A stretch of DNA of 64,000 bases from an uncultured Chloroflexia bacterium. GTDB taxonomy: Bacteria > Chloroflexota > Limnocylindria > Limnocylindrales > CSP1-4. Shown in pieces: positions 1 through 9,755 of the stretch. The stretch is taken from NCBI GenBank assembly GCA_963734535.1, contig CAVTHS010000006.1:96001-160000 (forward strand). Direction: 5' to 3'. The notes beneath the pieces were generated by a model. It was not told where the DNA came from. It ran no database searches and saw nothing but the letters and a program-made list of their open reading frames with translations. Position numbers and translations under genes: made by a program. Position 1 is the stretch's first letter, and each line of letters starts with the position of its first letter.

Positions 1-858
1 CCGCTCGGCCTGAAGGACGACGAGGGCACTGCCGTCACGATCCCGGCCCGTCCGACCCGGATCGTCTCGCTCACGCCCGCCACCACGGAGATCCTGTTCG
101 CCGTTGACGCCGGGCCGCGGGTCAGGGGCGTGACCGACGCGGACGACTACCCGCCCGCGGCGAAGCAGATCACGCAGGTCGTGAAGCTGGGCGCAGTCGA
201 CGTCGAGAAGATCGTCGGGCTCGGCGCCGATCTGGTGATCGCCGGCGGGAACAGCTTCACCAGCCCCAATTCGATCGCGAAGCTCCGCTCGCTGGGCATC
301 CCGGTCGTGGTCGTCTACGCCGCGGACGTGGCCGGGGTCCTTCGTGACATCGGGCTGGTTGCCACCGCGGCAGGCGCGGCGGCCGCCGGCGCCTCGCTCG
401 TGGCGTCGCTGCAATCCCAGGTGGATGCGGTCGTCGCCGCGGTCGCCACGGCCGGCGCACCCCGGCCGCGCGTCTTCTACGAGCTCGACGCGACCAAGCA
501 GGTCTATACGTTCGCCGACGGCATCGTCCAGGACGACCTGATCCGGATGGCCGGGGGCGACCCGATCACGACCGGCAGCCCCACGGTCTTCAGCATCCCG
601 CTCGAGAAGCTCGTCGTCGCGGACCCGCAGCTGATCCTGCTCGGCGACGCGGCGTACGGGACGACGCCAGCCCAGGTGGCGGCTCGCCCCGGATGGTCGG
701 TCATGACCGCCGTGAAGACCGGCGCGATCCGCGCGATCGACGACACCATCGTCTCGCGACCCGGTCCGCGGATCGTGGAGGCGCTGCGGGCGCTCGCGCT
801 CGCCATCGACCCGACGCTCACGCTCCCGGTGGCGCCGGCCGCGAGCGCGGCGCCATGA
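1..858 (+). CDS. ABC transporter substrate-binding protein, cobalamin/iron-chelate (BtuF/FecB-like); 5' end lies outside the window
   Basis: Frame is open from base 1 (PLGLKDDEGTAVTIPARPTRIVSLTPATTEILFAV). Also contains DVEKIVGLGADLVI, EKLVVADPQLILL and SRPGPRIVEAL, and is followed by permease and ATPase genes. Confidence 0.88.
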   Translation, partial: PLGLKDDEGTAVTIPARPTRIVSLTPATTEILFAVDAGPRVRGVTDADDYPPAAKQITQVVKLGAVDVEKIVGLGADLVIAGGNSFTSPNSIAKLRSLGIPVVVVYAADVAGVLRDIGLVATAAGAAAAGASLVASLQSQVDAVVAAVATAGAPRPRVFYELDATKQVYTFADGIVQDDLIRMAGGDPITTGSPTVFSIPLEKLVVADPQLILLGDAAYGTTPAQVAARPGWSVMTAVKTGAIRAIDDTIVSRPGPRIVEALRALALAIDPTLTLPVAPAASAAP

Positions 859-906
859 GAAGGCCGATCGCGCGATGAACCCGCGGCCTGCCGGACGTCC
901 GGCACG

Positions 907-1986
907 ATGAGCATCGGCGCACGCAGCCTCGCCCTGGCCCGCGCCCACGTCGGGCGACCCGCCCATGCCCCGAGCGCAGCCGCGCTCGCGCTCGTCGGTC
1001 TCGTCGCCCTGGCGAGTGCGGTCGTCGTGGCCGTCGCGGCCGGATCGGTCGCTGTCGCCCCGGGCGACACGGTGGGCATCCTGCTCCGGGCGATCGGCCT
1101 GCCGATCGACCGGTCGTGGACCCCCGCGGCGGAGACGATCGTCCTGGAGCTGCGCCTGCCGCGCGTGCTGACCGCGATCATGGTCGGCGGCGGCCTGGCC
1201 GTGGCCGGTGCGGCGTTCCAGGGACTGCTCCGCAACCCGCTGGCCGACCCATACGTGCTGGGGACCGCCTCCGGCGCGGCCCTTGGCGCGGCCGTCGCCG
1301 TCCTGGTCCCGTTCCGCGCCGTCTTCCTGGACCTGGGCCTGCTCCACCTCCTCTCGTTCGTGGGTGCGTTGGCGTCCGTGGCGGTGGTCTACCGGCTGGG
1401 GCACGGCGGAGGGCCGTTCGCCCCCCTCACCGGGCTCCTGCTGACCGGCTACGCGGTCGGCTCGCTGCTCGCGGCAGGGCTGGCGATGACGATGTTCCTG
1501 GCCGGCTCGAACCTGCGCCAGATCTTCGCCTTCCTGCTCGGCGGGCTCGAGGGCGCGAGCTGGCTCCGGCTCGCGTTCGCCGCGCCCCTGATCGCCGGCG
1601 GCTCGCTCGCGATCGTCGCCCGTGCCCGCGTGCTCAACGGGCTGCTCCTCGGCGAGGAGGCGGCCGCCCACCTCGGAGTCGACGTCCGCCGTGAACGGGC
1701 AGTCCTGCTGGCGCTCGCGAGCCTCGTCACGGCGGCGGCGGTCGCCGTCGCCGGGCTGGTCGGCTTCATCGGCCTCGTGGCGCCGCACCTGGTCCGGCTG
1801 CTCGTGGGGCCGGACGCGCGGCGCGTCCTGCCGCTCGCCGCGATCCTCGGCGCGATCCTTCTCGTGCTCGCCGACCTCGGCGCCCGCCTCCTCGGCGAGA
1901 TCCCCGTGGGCGTCGTGACGGCCGTCGTCGGCGCCCCGTTCTTCCTCGCGCTCCTGCGCGGCACCCGCTCGGCGTACGAGCTGTGA
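907..1986 (+). CDS. FecCD/BtuC-family ABC transporter permease
   Basis: Motifs LRLPRV, QGLLRNPLADPYVLG, LGEEAAAHLGVDV, GFIGLVAPH and GAPFFL; hydrophobic throughout. Confidence 0.93.
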   Translation: MSIGARSLALARAHVGRPAHAPSAAALALVGLVALASAVVVAVAAGSVAVAPGDTVGILLRAIGLPIDRSWTPAAETIVLELRLPRVLTAIMVGGGLAVAGAAFQGLLRNPLADPYVLGTASGAALGAAVAVLVPFRAVFLDLGLLHLLSFVGALASVAVVYRLGHGGGPFAPLTGLLLTGYAVGSLLAAGLAMTMFLAGSNLRQIFAFLLGGLEGASWLRLAFAAPLIAGGSLAIVARARVLNGLLLGEEAAAHLGVDVRRERAVLLALASLVTAAAVAVAGLVGFIGLVAPHLVRLLVGPDARRVLPLAAILGAILLVLADLGARLLGEIPVGVVTAVVGAPFFLALLRGTRSAYEL

Positions 1987-2801
1987 CGCCGCCGACCGCC
2001 GAGCTCGGCGGGGTCACGGTCGCGTATCGCGACCGGCTCGTCCTGCGCGGCGTGGACCTCGCGGTCGCGACGGGCGAGCGGGTGGCGCTGGTCGGCCCGA
2101 ACGGGGCAGGCAAGTCGACGCTGCTGCGCGTCCTCGCCGGGCTGGTCGTGCCGCGCGAGGGCCGGGTGTCGCTCGGCGGTGACCCGGTCGCGGGCCTCGG
2201 CCGCGCGGCGATCGCCCGCCGCCTCGCCGCGGTTCCGGGCCAGGCCGCGCTGCCCTTCGCGACCCGCGTGGAGGAGGTCGTGGCGCTCGGCCGGCTCCCG
2301 CACGAGGACCCGTTCCGCGGCCCCCGGCCGGCCGATCACGCGGCCGTGGACGCGGCCATCGAGCGGGTCGGGATCGGCCACCTGCGTGGCCGCGACGCAC
2401 GCGAGCTGAGCCTCGGTGAGCGCCAGCTCGTCCTCATCGCCCTCGCCGTGGCCCAGGCCGCCCCGCTCCTGGTCCTCGACGAGCCGACCGTCCACCTGGA
2501 CCTGCGCCACCAGGTCGCCGTGATGGAGCTCCTCGCGGACCTCAACCGCCACGACGGCGTCGCCGTGCTGGCCGTGCTCCACGACCTGGCACTCGCCGCG
2601 CACTTCTTCCCGCGTCTCGTCCTCCTCGACGCCGGGCGCGTCGTCGCGGATGGCCCGCCTGCGCGCGTGCTCGCGCCGGAGCGGATTCGCGCGACGTTCG
2701 GGGTCGACCCCGCGATCTTCACCGGGCCCGCGGCGTTCGCGGGTCCGAGCGCGCTCCACGTGGCGCCGCCCGAGTTGACCGCGGGCACCGGCGGCCGCTA
2801 G
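1983..2801 (+). CDS. Iron-chelate/cobalamin ABC transporter ATP-binding protein (BtuD/FecE-like)
   Basis: Walker A GPNGAGKST, signature LSLGERQ, Walker B LLVLDEPT, H-loop LHDL; GTGA overlap with the permease. Confidence 0.93.
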   Translation: MTPPTAELGGVTVAYRDRLVLRGVDLAVATGERVALVGPNGAGKSTLLRVLAGLVVPREGRVSLGGDPVAGLGRAAIARRLAAVPGQAALPFATRVEEVVALGRLPHEDPFRGPRPADHAAVDAAIERVGIGHLRGRDARELSLGERQLVLIALAVAQAAPLLVLDEPTVHLDLRHQVAVMELLADLNRHDGVAVLAVLHDLALAAHFFPRLVLLDAGRVVADGPPARVLAPERIRATFGVDPAIFTGPAAFAGPSALHVAPPELTAGTGGR

Positions 2802-2816
2802 GCTCCGGGCGTGCCC

Positions 2817-3504
2817 ATGACCCGCCCGCGCCCCGGCCGCGCGACCCGACTCGTCGCGATGCTGGGCATCGCCGTGCTCGTCGCGGCGTGCGGCGCGACC
2901 CAGACGTCGCAACCTCCCGCGAGCGGATCGCCGGCCGCGTCGCAGGCGTCGGCGGAGCCCGCCGCGTCGCCGAGCGGGACCGACCAGGCGTCCGCTGCGC
3001 CGAGTGCCGGGTCCGACGGGTCACCGTCACCCCAGGAAAGCGCCCTCGCCGCTCCCGTCGGCTGGTGCCTCGGCTCGCCCCGGCTCCGCGGACGCGTGCA
3101 GCGGCACGGCCGAGAACCGCGACTTCTACACCGCCCTCGCCGCGAGCGTTGCCTGGGACGTCTACTGTGCGACGCTGCCGCAGGGCTGGTTCGTCGAGAG
3201 CGGCTCGTACCGGCTCTCGAACGGCGGCCAGCTGTCGATCACGTACAAGGGCCCGGGCGGCGCCCGGCTCGTCGTCCGCGAGGGGGGCTACTGCGCCGGG
3301 CATCCGGACTGCATCCCGGCAGGGACCGACGCCGGCGCGGCCCGCTTCGGGGACCGGGATGCGCGGCTCCTCGACATCGGCAACGGCTCGTGGCTGGTTG
3401 TCGTCGTGCCGACGGCTGACGTCGGGTGGCAGGCGGTGGGCACGGGCATGGATGGCACCGTCCTGGGGGCATTCACGGCCGCGTTCGCCCGCGTCGACCA
3501 GTAG
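2817..3504 (+). CDS. Putative lipoprotein of unknown function (one frameshift near 3060-3085)
   Basis: Signal peptide with lipobox VAAC and a Ser/Pro/Ala linker in one frame. A globular Cys-containing domain (ACSGTAENRDFY...YCATLPQGWFVESG...YCAGHPDC) continues in the 3004..3504 frame. Confidence 0.65.
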
Positions 3505-3564
3505 GGTAGGCACCACAAGCCGTCGCGTCGTCCGGTGCCGCCGGTGCAACGGCCGGCCCGGGCG

Positions 3565-3601
3565 CGTCGTGTGCTATCTTTGCACACGACGTTGCACACG
3601 A
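3565..3601 (+). promoter_or_regulatory. Extended -10 promoter inside a palindromic operator upstream of the toxin-antitoxin pair
   Basis: Perfect inverted repeat CGTCGTGTGC (3565-3574) / GCACACGACG (3582-3591) around TATCTT (3575-3580), which is preceded by TG-n. A third half-site TTGCACACGA lies at 3592-3601. Confidence 0.7.
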
Positions 3602-3624
3602 TTCCTCACATGGATGGTCGCGCC

Positions 3625-4002
3625 ATGCCCCTTGTCCGCACGAATGTCACGCTCCCCGCTGAGACGCTCGCGATCATCGACGAGGTAGCCGGCCCGCGCG
3701 GCCGGAGCGCCTACATCGCGGAGGTGCTCCTCAAGCAAGCGAAACGCGACCGGATGATGAAGGTATGGCGCGCGAACCGCGGCGTCCTGAAAGACTCGAC
3801 CACGTGGGGTCGGACACCGGAAGAGGTTCTCGAGACCCTCAAGGAGATCCGGGCGAGCTGGGATCGTCCGTGGGTCGACGCGCTGTGGGAGGAACGATCA
3901 CCGGATGCCGAAGCTTCTCGACACGACCCTCCTGATCGACCACTCGATCGGCCTGCCAGGCGCGGTCGCGATGCTGGAGCGCCTGTTCGCGGAGGCGGAT
4001 GA
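3625..4002 (+). CDS. Ribbon-helix-helix antitoxin (VapB-like)
   Basis: N-terminus VRTNVTLPAETLAIIDEVAGPRGRSAYIAEVL fits an RHH fold; directly upstream of and overlapping a PIN gene. Alternative start at 3610. Confidence 0.75.
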   Translation: MPLVRTNVTLPAETLAIIDEVAGPRGRSAYIAEVLLKQAKRDRMMKVWRANRGVLKDSTTWGRTPEEVLETLKEIRASWDRPWVDALWEERSPDAEASRHDPPDRPLDRPARRGRDAGAPVRGGG

Positions 4003-4300
4003 CCTGCTCGTCTGCGACGCGGTGGTCGCGGAGGCGCTTTCGAGCGGAACGATGGACGAGCGGCGGACGATTGCGAGCCTGATCGACGCGGTCGAATACG
4101 TTTCCACCGCTCCCGACGCAGCCAGATGGGCCGGCGAGGCGCGCCGGCTGCGAGGAGCGGCCAGCCCGCGGACGCTCGGTGACGCGATCATCGCCGGCGT
4201 CGCGTGGTCCCTGGGGGCCGCGATCGTGACCCGCAACCCGGACGACTTCGTGCGGATGGGCGTGCCCGTCCTTACCTACGAGGCGGACGCACCGGCCTGA
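3905..4300 (+). CDS. vapC: PIN-domain ribonuclease toxin (VapC family)
   Basis: LLDTTLLID, VVAEAL, LGDAIIAGVA and IVTRNPDDF give the acidic PIN residues; 131 aa. Confidence 0.88.
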   Translation: MPKLLDTTLLIDHSIGLPGAVAMLERLFAEADDLLVCDAVVAEALSSGTMDERRTIASLIDAVEYVSTAPDAARWAGEARRLRGAASPRTLGDAIIAGVAWSLGAAIVTRNPDDFVRMGVPVLTYEADAPA

Positions 4301-4439
4301 CCTCGCGCGGCGGCGCGCCGGTGCAAGCGTCAGCCGGCCCGCGTCGGGCACAATGGCCCGCACATCCCGGACGAAGCCCCGGGCGATCCGGCCCGACGCC
4401 GGCGCCCCGGCATCGGCGCCAAGCGGAGGAGCATCTGAC

Positions 4440-5642
4440 GTGACCGTCGGGACGGCGTTCCACCCGCGCACCGCGCCCCTCAATGCGCATCTCCAGTGGC
4501 GCGAGTGGTCCGGCTTCTTCGCCGCCAGCGCGTACCACGCCTCGCACGTCATCGAGTACAACGCGATCCGCGAGGCGGCCGCGCTCATCGACGTGAGCCC
4601 GCTCTTCAAGTACGAGCTGCGCGGCCCCGACGCGGTCCGCCTGGTGGACCGGCTGATCGTCCGCGACGCCGCGAAGCTCACGCCGGGCCGTGTCTTCTAC
4701 ACGCCGTGGTGCGACGAGCACGGCAAGGTGATCGACGACGGCACGATCCACCGGCTCGACGACGAGGATGGGGCGCAGGTCGTGCGCTGGACCGCCGCCG
4801 ACCCGCAGCTCCGCTGGCTTCGCATGAACGCGCAGGACCTGGACGTGGAGGTCCGGGACGTCAGCGAGTCCGTCGCGGCGGTCGCCCTGCAGGGGCCGCT
4901 CAGCCGGGAGGTCCTGCAGGCGGCGACCGGCACGTCCTTCGTCGACCTGCGCTTCTTCCGGCGCCGCCGGGCGACCCTTGCCGGCATCCCGGTCGACGTC
5001 TCGCGGACCGGCTACACGGGCGACCTGGGCTACGAGCTGTGGATCCCGGCAGATCGCGCGGTCGACGCCTGGGACGCGCTGGTCGCCGCGGGCGAGCCGT
5101 ATCGCATCCGTCCGGCCGGCATGCTCGCGCTCGACGTTGTGCGCCTCGAGGCAGGCCTGATCCTGATCGAGGCCGACTACACCAGCGCCGTCCACTCGCA
5201 CATCCCGAGCCAGAACTACTCGCCCTATGAGGTCGGGCTCGGCCGCCTGGTCGACCTTGACGCGGGAGACTTCATTGGCCGGCGCGCGCTCGTCGCGGAG
5301 ATGGCGGCCGGCGGGCCGCCGCGCCGGCTCGTGGGCCTCGACATCGACTGGCCGGAGATCGAGGCGCTCTACGCCGCACAGGGCCTGGCCCCGTACGCGC
5401 CTCCCTCCGTGAGCCGGGCGCCGGTCCCGGTCTTCGCTGCCGGCCGCCAGGTCGGGCGCGTCACCAGCACGGGCTGGAGCCCGCTCCTCAAGAAGATGCT
5501 GGGCCTCGCCTCCGTCGGGCTGGCCCACGCGCGAACCGGGACACGTCTCGCGGTCGAGTGGACGGTCGAGGCCCGCCGGGGCACCGTCTCCGCGACCGTC
5601 GTGGAGCTTCCGTTCTTCGACCCGCCCCGCAAGCGCGCCTGA
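4440..5642 (+). CDS. GcvT/aminomethyltransferase-family (folate-binding) protein
   Basis: ALIDVSPLFK, GKVIDDGT, ALQGPLS, SRTGYTGDLGYELW, RLEAG and PFFDP; GGAGGA before GTG 4440. No gcvH or gcvP nearby. Confidence 0.88.
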   Translation: MTVGTAFHPRTAPLNAHLQWREWSGFFAASAYHASHVIEYNAIREAAALIDVSPLFKYELRGPDAVRLVDRLIVRDAAKLTPGRVFYTPWCDEHGKVIDDGTIHRLDDEDGAQVVRWTAADPQLRWLRMNAQDLDVEVRDVSESVAAVALQGPLSREVLQAATGTSFVDLRFFRRRRATLAGIPVDVSRTGYTGDLGYELWIPADRAVDAWDALVAAGEPYRIRPAGMLALDVVRLEAGLILIEADYTSAVHSHIPSQNYSPYEVGLGRLVDLDAGDFIGRRALVAEMAAGGPPRRLVGLDIDWPEIEALYAAQGLAPYAPPSVSRAPVPVFAAGRQVGRVTSTGWSPLLKKMLGLASVGLAHARTGTRLAVEWTVEARRGTVSATVVELPFFDPPRKRA

Positions 5643-5698
5643 CGGCCGTGAACTCGGCGCGCACGGAGATCCGGACATCGAGCCAGGGAGGGACCCGC

Positions 5699-7300
5699 GT
5701 GGCGCAGCGCTACGACGCCGTGATCATCGGCGGCGGTCACAACGGCCTCACGACCGCCGCCTACCTCGCGAAGGCGGGCTGGAAGACGCTGGTCCTCGAG
5801 AAGCGCCGCATCCTGGGGGGCGCGACGACGAGCGACGAGATCGTCCCCGGGTACACCTTCAGCGTGCTCTCCTACGTCGTCAGCCTGCTTCGACCAGAGA
5901 TCATTCGCGACCTGGAGCTGGCGAAGCACGGCCTGGAGATCCTGCCGCTCGACGGCACCTTCACGCCCCTGCATGGCGACTACCTGTGGCGAACGGACGA
6001 CCATGCCCAGACCATCCGCGAGATCCGGCGCTGGTCGGCCACCGACGCCGACGCGTACGAGGAGTACGGCCAGCTGATGGCCGACATGGCGCGCTTCATC
6101 AAGCCGATCCTCGGGATGGTGCCGCCCGACCCGACGAGCATCGACCCGCGCGACTGGCTGGGCGTGCTGGGCCTGGGTCGCGACTTCGCGCGGCTCCCTG
6201 AACGGCAGCAGTCCGCCTTCATCGGGCTCATGACGATGAGCGCGGCGGATTTCCTGGACCAGTGGTTCGAGACCGAGCCGCTCAAGGCCACCATGTCCGC
6301 GTCGGGGATCATCGGGACCTTCCTGGGCGTCCGCTCGCCGGGCACCGCCTACGTGCTGCTCCACCACTACATGGGCGAGATCGACGGCGCGTTCCGCGCC
6401 TGGGGCCTTCACAAGGGTGGCACCGGCGCCATCAGCGCGGCGATCGCGGGCGCGGCCCGGGCGCACGGGGCGGAGATCCGCACCGAGGCGGGGGTCAGCC
6501 GCGTCATGCTCACGCCGTCCGGTGACCGCGCCACGGGCGTCGTCCTCGAGAGCGGCGAGGAGATCGCGGCCAACGTCGTGGTCTCCTCGGCGGATGTGCG
6601 GCGCACGTTCCTCCAGTTCCTCGAGCCCGGGATCCTGCCGGAGGACTTCGAGGCGCAGGTGCGCCGCTTCAAGTTCCGGGGCAGCTCCGGCAAGGTCAAC
6701 CTCGCCCTCGATGCGCTGCCGACCTTCACGACGAACCCGGGTGGCACGGAGTACCTCCGGGGCGCGGTGAGCATCAGCCCCTCGCTCGAGCACATGGAAC
6801 GTGCCTACGACGAGGCGAAGTACGGCCGCTTCAGCCGCCGGCCGTACGTCGACATCGTGTTTCCCAGCCTCGTGGACCCGTCCGTGGCGCCGCCGGGCCG
6901 GCACGTCATGAGCTGCTTCGTCCAGTACGCGCCCTACAACCTGGCCGAGGGGCCGGCGGACTGGGACAACCAGAAAGAGGCCTTCGGGGACGCCGTGATC
7001 GACCTGGTCAGCGAGTTCGCGCCGAACCTCCGGGACGTGATCGTGGAGCGGCACGTGGTCTCGCCGCTCGACATGGAGCGCGACTGGGGCCTCACCGAGG
7101 GCAACATCTTCCACGGTGAGCTCTCGCTGGAGCAGCTCTTCTTCAGCCGGCCCATCCCCGGCTGGGCGCGCTACCGGACGCCGATCCGCGACTACTGGAT
7201 GTGCGGCTCGTCGACGCACCCCGGCGGCGGGATCATGGGCGCGAACGGGCGGCTCGCCGCGCTCGAGCTGATCCGGGCACGCCGGACGAAGGTGGCCTGA
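5699..7300 (+). CDS. FAD-dependent oxidoreductase, phytoene desaturase/PYROXD2 family
   Basis: YDAVIIGGGHNGL...LEKR dinucleotide fold, GNIFHGELSLEQL, MCGSSTHPGGGIMG; AGGGAGG RBS. Confidence 0.88.
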   Translation: MAQRYDAVIIGGGHNGLTTAAYLAKAGWKTLVLEKRRILGGATTSDEIVPGYTFSVLSYVVSLLRPEIIRDLELAKHGLEILPLDGTFTPLHGDYLWRTDDHAQTIREIRRWSATDADAYEEYGQLMADMARFIKPILGMVPPDPTSIDPRDWLGVLGLGRDFARLPERQQSAFIGLMTMSAADFLDQWFETEPLKATMSASGIIGTFLGVRSPGTAYVLLHHYMGEIDGAFRAWGLHKGGTGAISAAIAGAARAHGAEIRTEAGVSRVMLTPSGDRATGVVLESGEEIAANVVVSSADVRRTFLQFLEPGILPEDFEAQVRRFKFRGSSGKVNLALDALPTFTTNPGGTEYLRGAVSISPSLEHMERAYDEAKYGRFSRRPYVDIVFPSLVDPSVAPPGRHVMSCFVQYAPYNLAEGPADWDNQKEAFGDAVIDLVSEFAPNLRDVIVERHVVSPLDMERDWGLTEGNIFHGELSLEQLFFSRPIPGWARYRTPIRDYWMCGSSTHPGGGIMGANGRLAALELIRARRTKVA

Positions 7301-7303
7301 CCG

Positions 7304-8926
7304 ATGTCCAGCCAGCCCTCCGGCCCGTACGAGGCGATCGTCGTCGGCGGCGGCCACAACGGCCTCGTGGCCGGCGCCTACCTCGCGAAGGCCGGCCTCC
7401 GGACGCTCGTGCTCGAGAAGCGCGCCACGCTCGGGGGCACTGTCGAGACGCGTCCGCTCGCCGACGGCAAGCGCGCGCCGGGCCTCTTCCATACGGTGGG
7501 CCGGCTGCGCCCGTCCGTTGCCCGCGAGCTCGGCCTCCGCGGCCACGGGCTGGCCCTGGTCGCACCCGAGGTCCGGGCCTTCGCCCCCCAGCCGGACGGC
7601 CGTGCCGTCACCCTGTGGGCCGACCCCGCGCGCACGGCCGACGAGCTCCGGGCCTGGTCCGTTGCCGACGGGGCGGCCTGGGCCGGGTTCGACCGGCACG
7701 TCCGGTCACTTGCCGCGTTCATCGCCTCTCTCAACGACGCGACGCCGCCCCCGACGAGCGGCGCGGGCCTCGGCGACGCGATCACCGGGCTCCTGCTGGG
7801 CCGCGCGTTCAAGAAGCTCTCGAGGGACGATGCCCGCCAGCTGCTGCGCGTCCTGCCGATGGCGATCGCGGACTTCGTGGCGGAATCGTTCGAGAGCGAG
7901 CCCGTGCGGGCGGCAGTCGCGATGCGCGCTGTCGCGTTCTCCGCGCTGGGCGCCTGGTCGATGGGCACGACCGCTGCGTTGCTCGCGGATTCGGCCGGCA
8001 ACGACGGAGGGGCGGCGGGCCAGACCGTGTTCGCGAAGGGCGGCCCCGGCTCGCTCGCCGACGCGCTTGCCGCGGCCGCACGCTCCTTCGGGGCGGAGAT
8101 CCGGACCGGCGCGGAGGTGGTCGGCGTGGCAACGCTCGACGGCCGCGTCACGGGCGTGGTCCTCGCTTCGGGCGACGAGATCGCGGCGCCGATCGTGGCG
8201 TCCGGCCTCGACCCGAAGCGGACGCTCCTGGGGCTCCTGCCGCCGCTGGAGCTCGGCCCGAACCTTCGCTGGCGCGCCGGCAACATCCGGCAGCCCGGCC
8301 GCGTTGCGCGCGTCAACCTGGGCCTGTCGGGCCTGCCGGAGTTCCCGGCTGCCGGCGCGCGCGAGGAGGCCGCCAGGCGACTCCGGGGCAGGATCCTCGT
8401 CGGGGCAACCGGGATCGACGACATGGAGCGCGCCTTCGACGCCTCGAAATACGGCCGCATCTCCGACGCGCTCCTGCTGGAGGCGACGATCCCGTCGCTG
8501 GTGGACCCGTCGCTGGCGCCCGACGGCGGCCACGTGATGAGCGTCATCGCGCAGTACGTTCCGTACCGCCTCGCCGACGGGACCTGGGACGACGCGGCGC
8601 GCGAGGCGCTCGGGGACCGGGTCGTGGCGCGGCTGGAAACGGTCGCGCCCCGAATCGCGGGGCTCATCACGGCCCGCGAGGTCCTCACGCCGGTCGACCT
8701 CGAGGCCGAGTACGGCCTCACCGGGGGCCATCCCTATCACCAGGAGCCTGCCCTCGACGCGTGGTTCGCCTGGCGCCCGCTGGTGGGCCACGCCCGTTAC
8801 CGGATGCCGGTCGAGGGCCTCTACCTGGTTGGGCCCGGCGCCCACCCGGGCGGGGGCGTGACGGGCGCGCCCGCCCAGAACGCCGTGAAGGAGATCCTGG
8901 CCGACCGGCGGAAGCGGCGCCGCTGA
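7304..8926 (+). CDS. Second FAD-dependent oxidoreductase, phytoene desaturase/PYROXD2 family
   Basis: YEAIVVGGGHNGL, ERAFDASKYG, PSLVDPSLAP, GAHPGGGVTG; starts 3 nt after its paralogue. Confidence 0.85.
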   Translation: MSSQPSGPYEAIVVGGGHNGLVAGAYLAKAGLRTLVLEKRATLGGTVETRPLADGKRAPGLFHTVGRLRPSVARELGLRGHGLALVAPEVRAFAPQPDGRAVTLWADPARTADELRAWSVADGAAWAGFDRHVRSLAAFIASLNDATPPPTSGAGLGDAITGLLLGRAFKKLSRDDARQLLRVLPMAIADFVAESFESEPVRAAVAMRAVAFSALGAWSMGTTAALLADSAGNDGGAAGQTVFAKGGPGSLADALAAAARSFGAEIRTGAEVVGVATLDGRVTGVVLASGDEIAAPIVASGLDPKRTLLGLLPPLELGPNLRWRAGNIRQPGRVARVNLGLSGLPEFPAAGAREEAARRLRGRILVGATGIDDMERAFDASKYGRISDALLLEATIPSLVDPSLAPDGGHVMSVIAQYVPYRLADGTWDDAAREALGDRVVARLETVAPRIAGLITAREVLTPVDLEAEYGLTGGHPYHQEPALDAWFAWRPLVGHARYRMPVEGLYLVGPGAHPGGGVTGAPAQNAVKEILADRRKRRR

Positions 8927-8957
8927 CCCACCGTCGGCCCCCTCGCGGCGGCGTCCG

Positions 8958-9755
8958 TCAGTCGGGCAGTCGCAGCTCCCAGCCCCGGAGGCGTTCCAGG
9001 AAACGATCCGCCGTCAGGTCCAGCTGGATCGGCGTGATCGAGACCCGGTCGTGGAGGACCGCGTGGACGTCAGTCCCTGGGATCGCCTGCCCGGTTGGCG
9101 GCGGTCCGCCAACCCAGTAGTAGGGAACACCGCGCGGGTCGGCGCGCCGGATGAGCTCGTCCTGGTAGATCCGCTTGCCGAGTCGCGTGACCTCGATCCC
9201 GGCGCACCGGTCGAGCGGGATCGCCGGGACATTCACGTTGAGGAGCTGGGCCGGCTCGAGGCCGCGCTCCAGGATCGCCCGCGCCACGACGACGGCAGCC
9301 GCGGCGGCCAGCGAGAAGTCGTCGGGCGCGAAGTCGTCGTGGCTGATCGCGAACGCCGGGCATCCCGACAGCACGGCCTCCATCGCGGCGCTCACGGTCC
9401 CCGAGTAGGTGATGTCGTCGCCGAGGTTGGCGCCGTGGTTGATGCCGCTCGCGACCAGGTCGATCGGGCCCGGCAGCAGGCCAAGGAAGACGAGACCGAC
9501 GGCGTCGGACGGGGACCCGTCGATCGACCACGCCGGCGTGCCATCGGCAAGCGTCCGCTCCCGGACGCGAAGCGGTCGCCACATGGTCCGCGAATGGCCC
9601 ACGGCGCTCTGGTTCGTGTCCGGGGCGATCACGACGACCTCCCCCAGCGTCGCCATCGCCTGCGCGAGTGCGAGCAGGCCGCGCGACTCGATCCCGTCGT
9701 CGTTCGTGACGAGGATGCGCGGCCGGCCGCCTCGCGCGGGGATCGCCGGGCTCAC
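8958..9755 (-). CDS. surE: 5'/3'-nucleotidase SurE
   Basis: ILVTNDDG, APDTNQSAVG, SGINHGANLG..YSGTVSAAMEA, SITPI; GTG start overlaps the AI-2E stop. Confidence 0.95.
   Translation of the reverse strand: MSPAIPARGGRPRILVTNDDGIESRGLLALAQAMATLGEVVVIAPDTNQSAVGHSRTMWRPLRVRERTLADGTPAWSIDGSPSDAVGLVFLGLLPGPIDLVASGINHGANLGDDITYSGTVSAAMEAVLSGCPAFAISHDDFAPDDFSLAAAAAVVVARAILERGLEPAQLLNVNVPAIPLDRCAGIEVTRLGKRIYQDELIRRADPRGVPYYWVGGPPPTGQAIPGTDVHAVLHDRVSITPIQLDLTADRFLERLRGWELRLPD

Noticed and set aside
5699-8926. Carotenoid biosynthesis cluster
   Set aside because: No crtB/crtE/crtY nearby; the GcvT-like neighbour points to another function.
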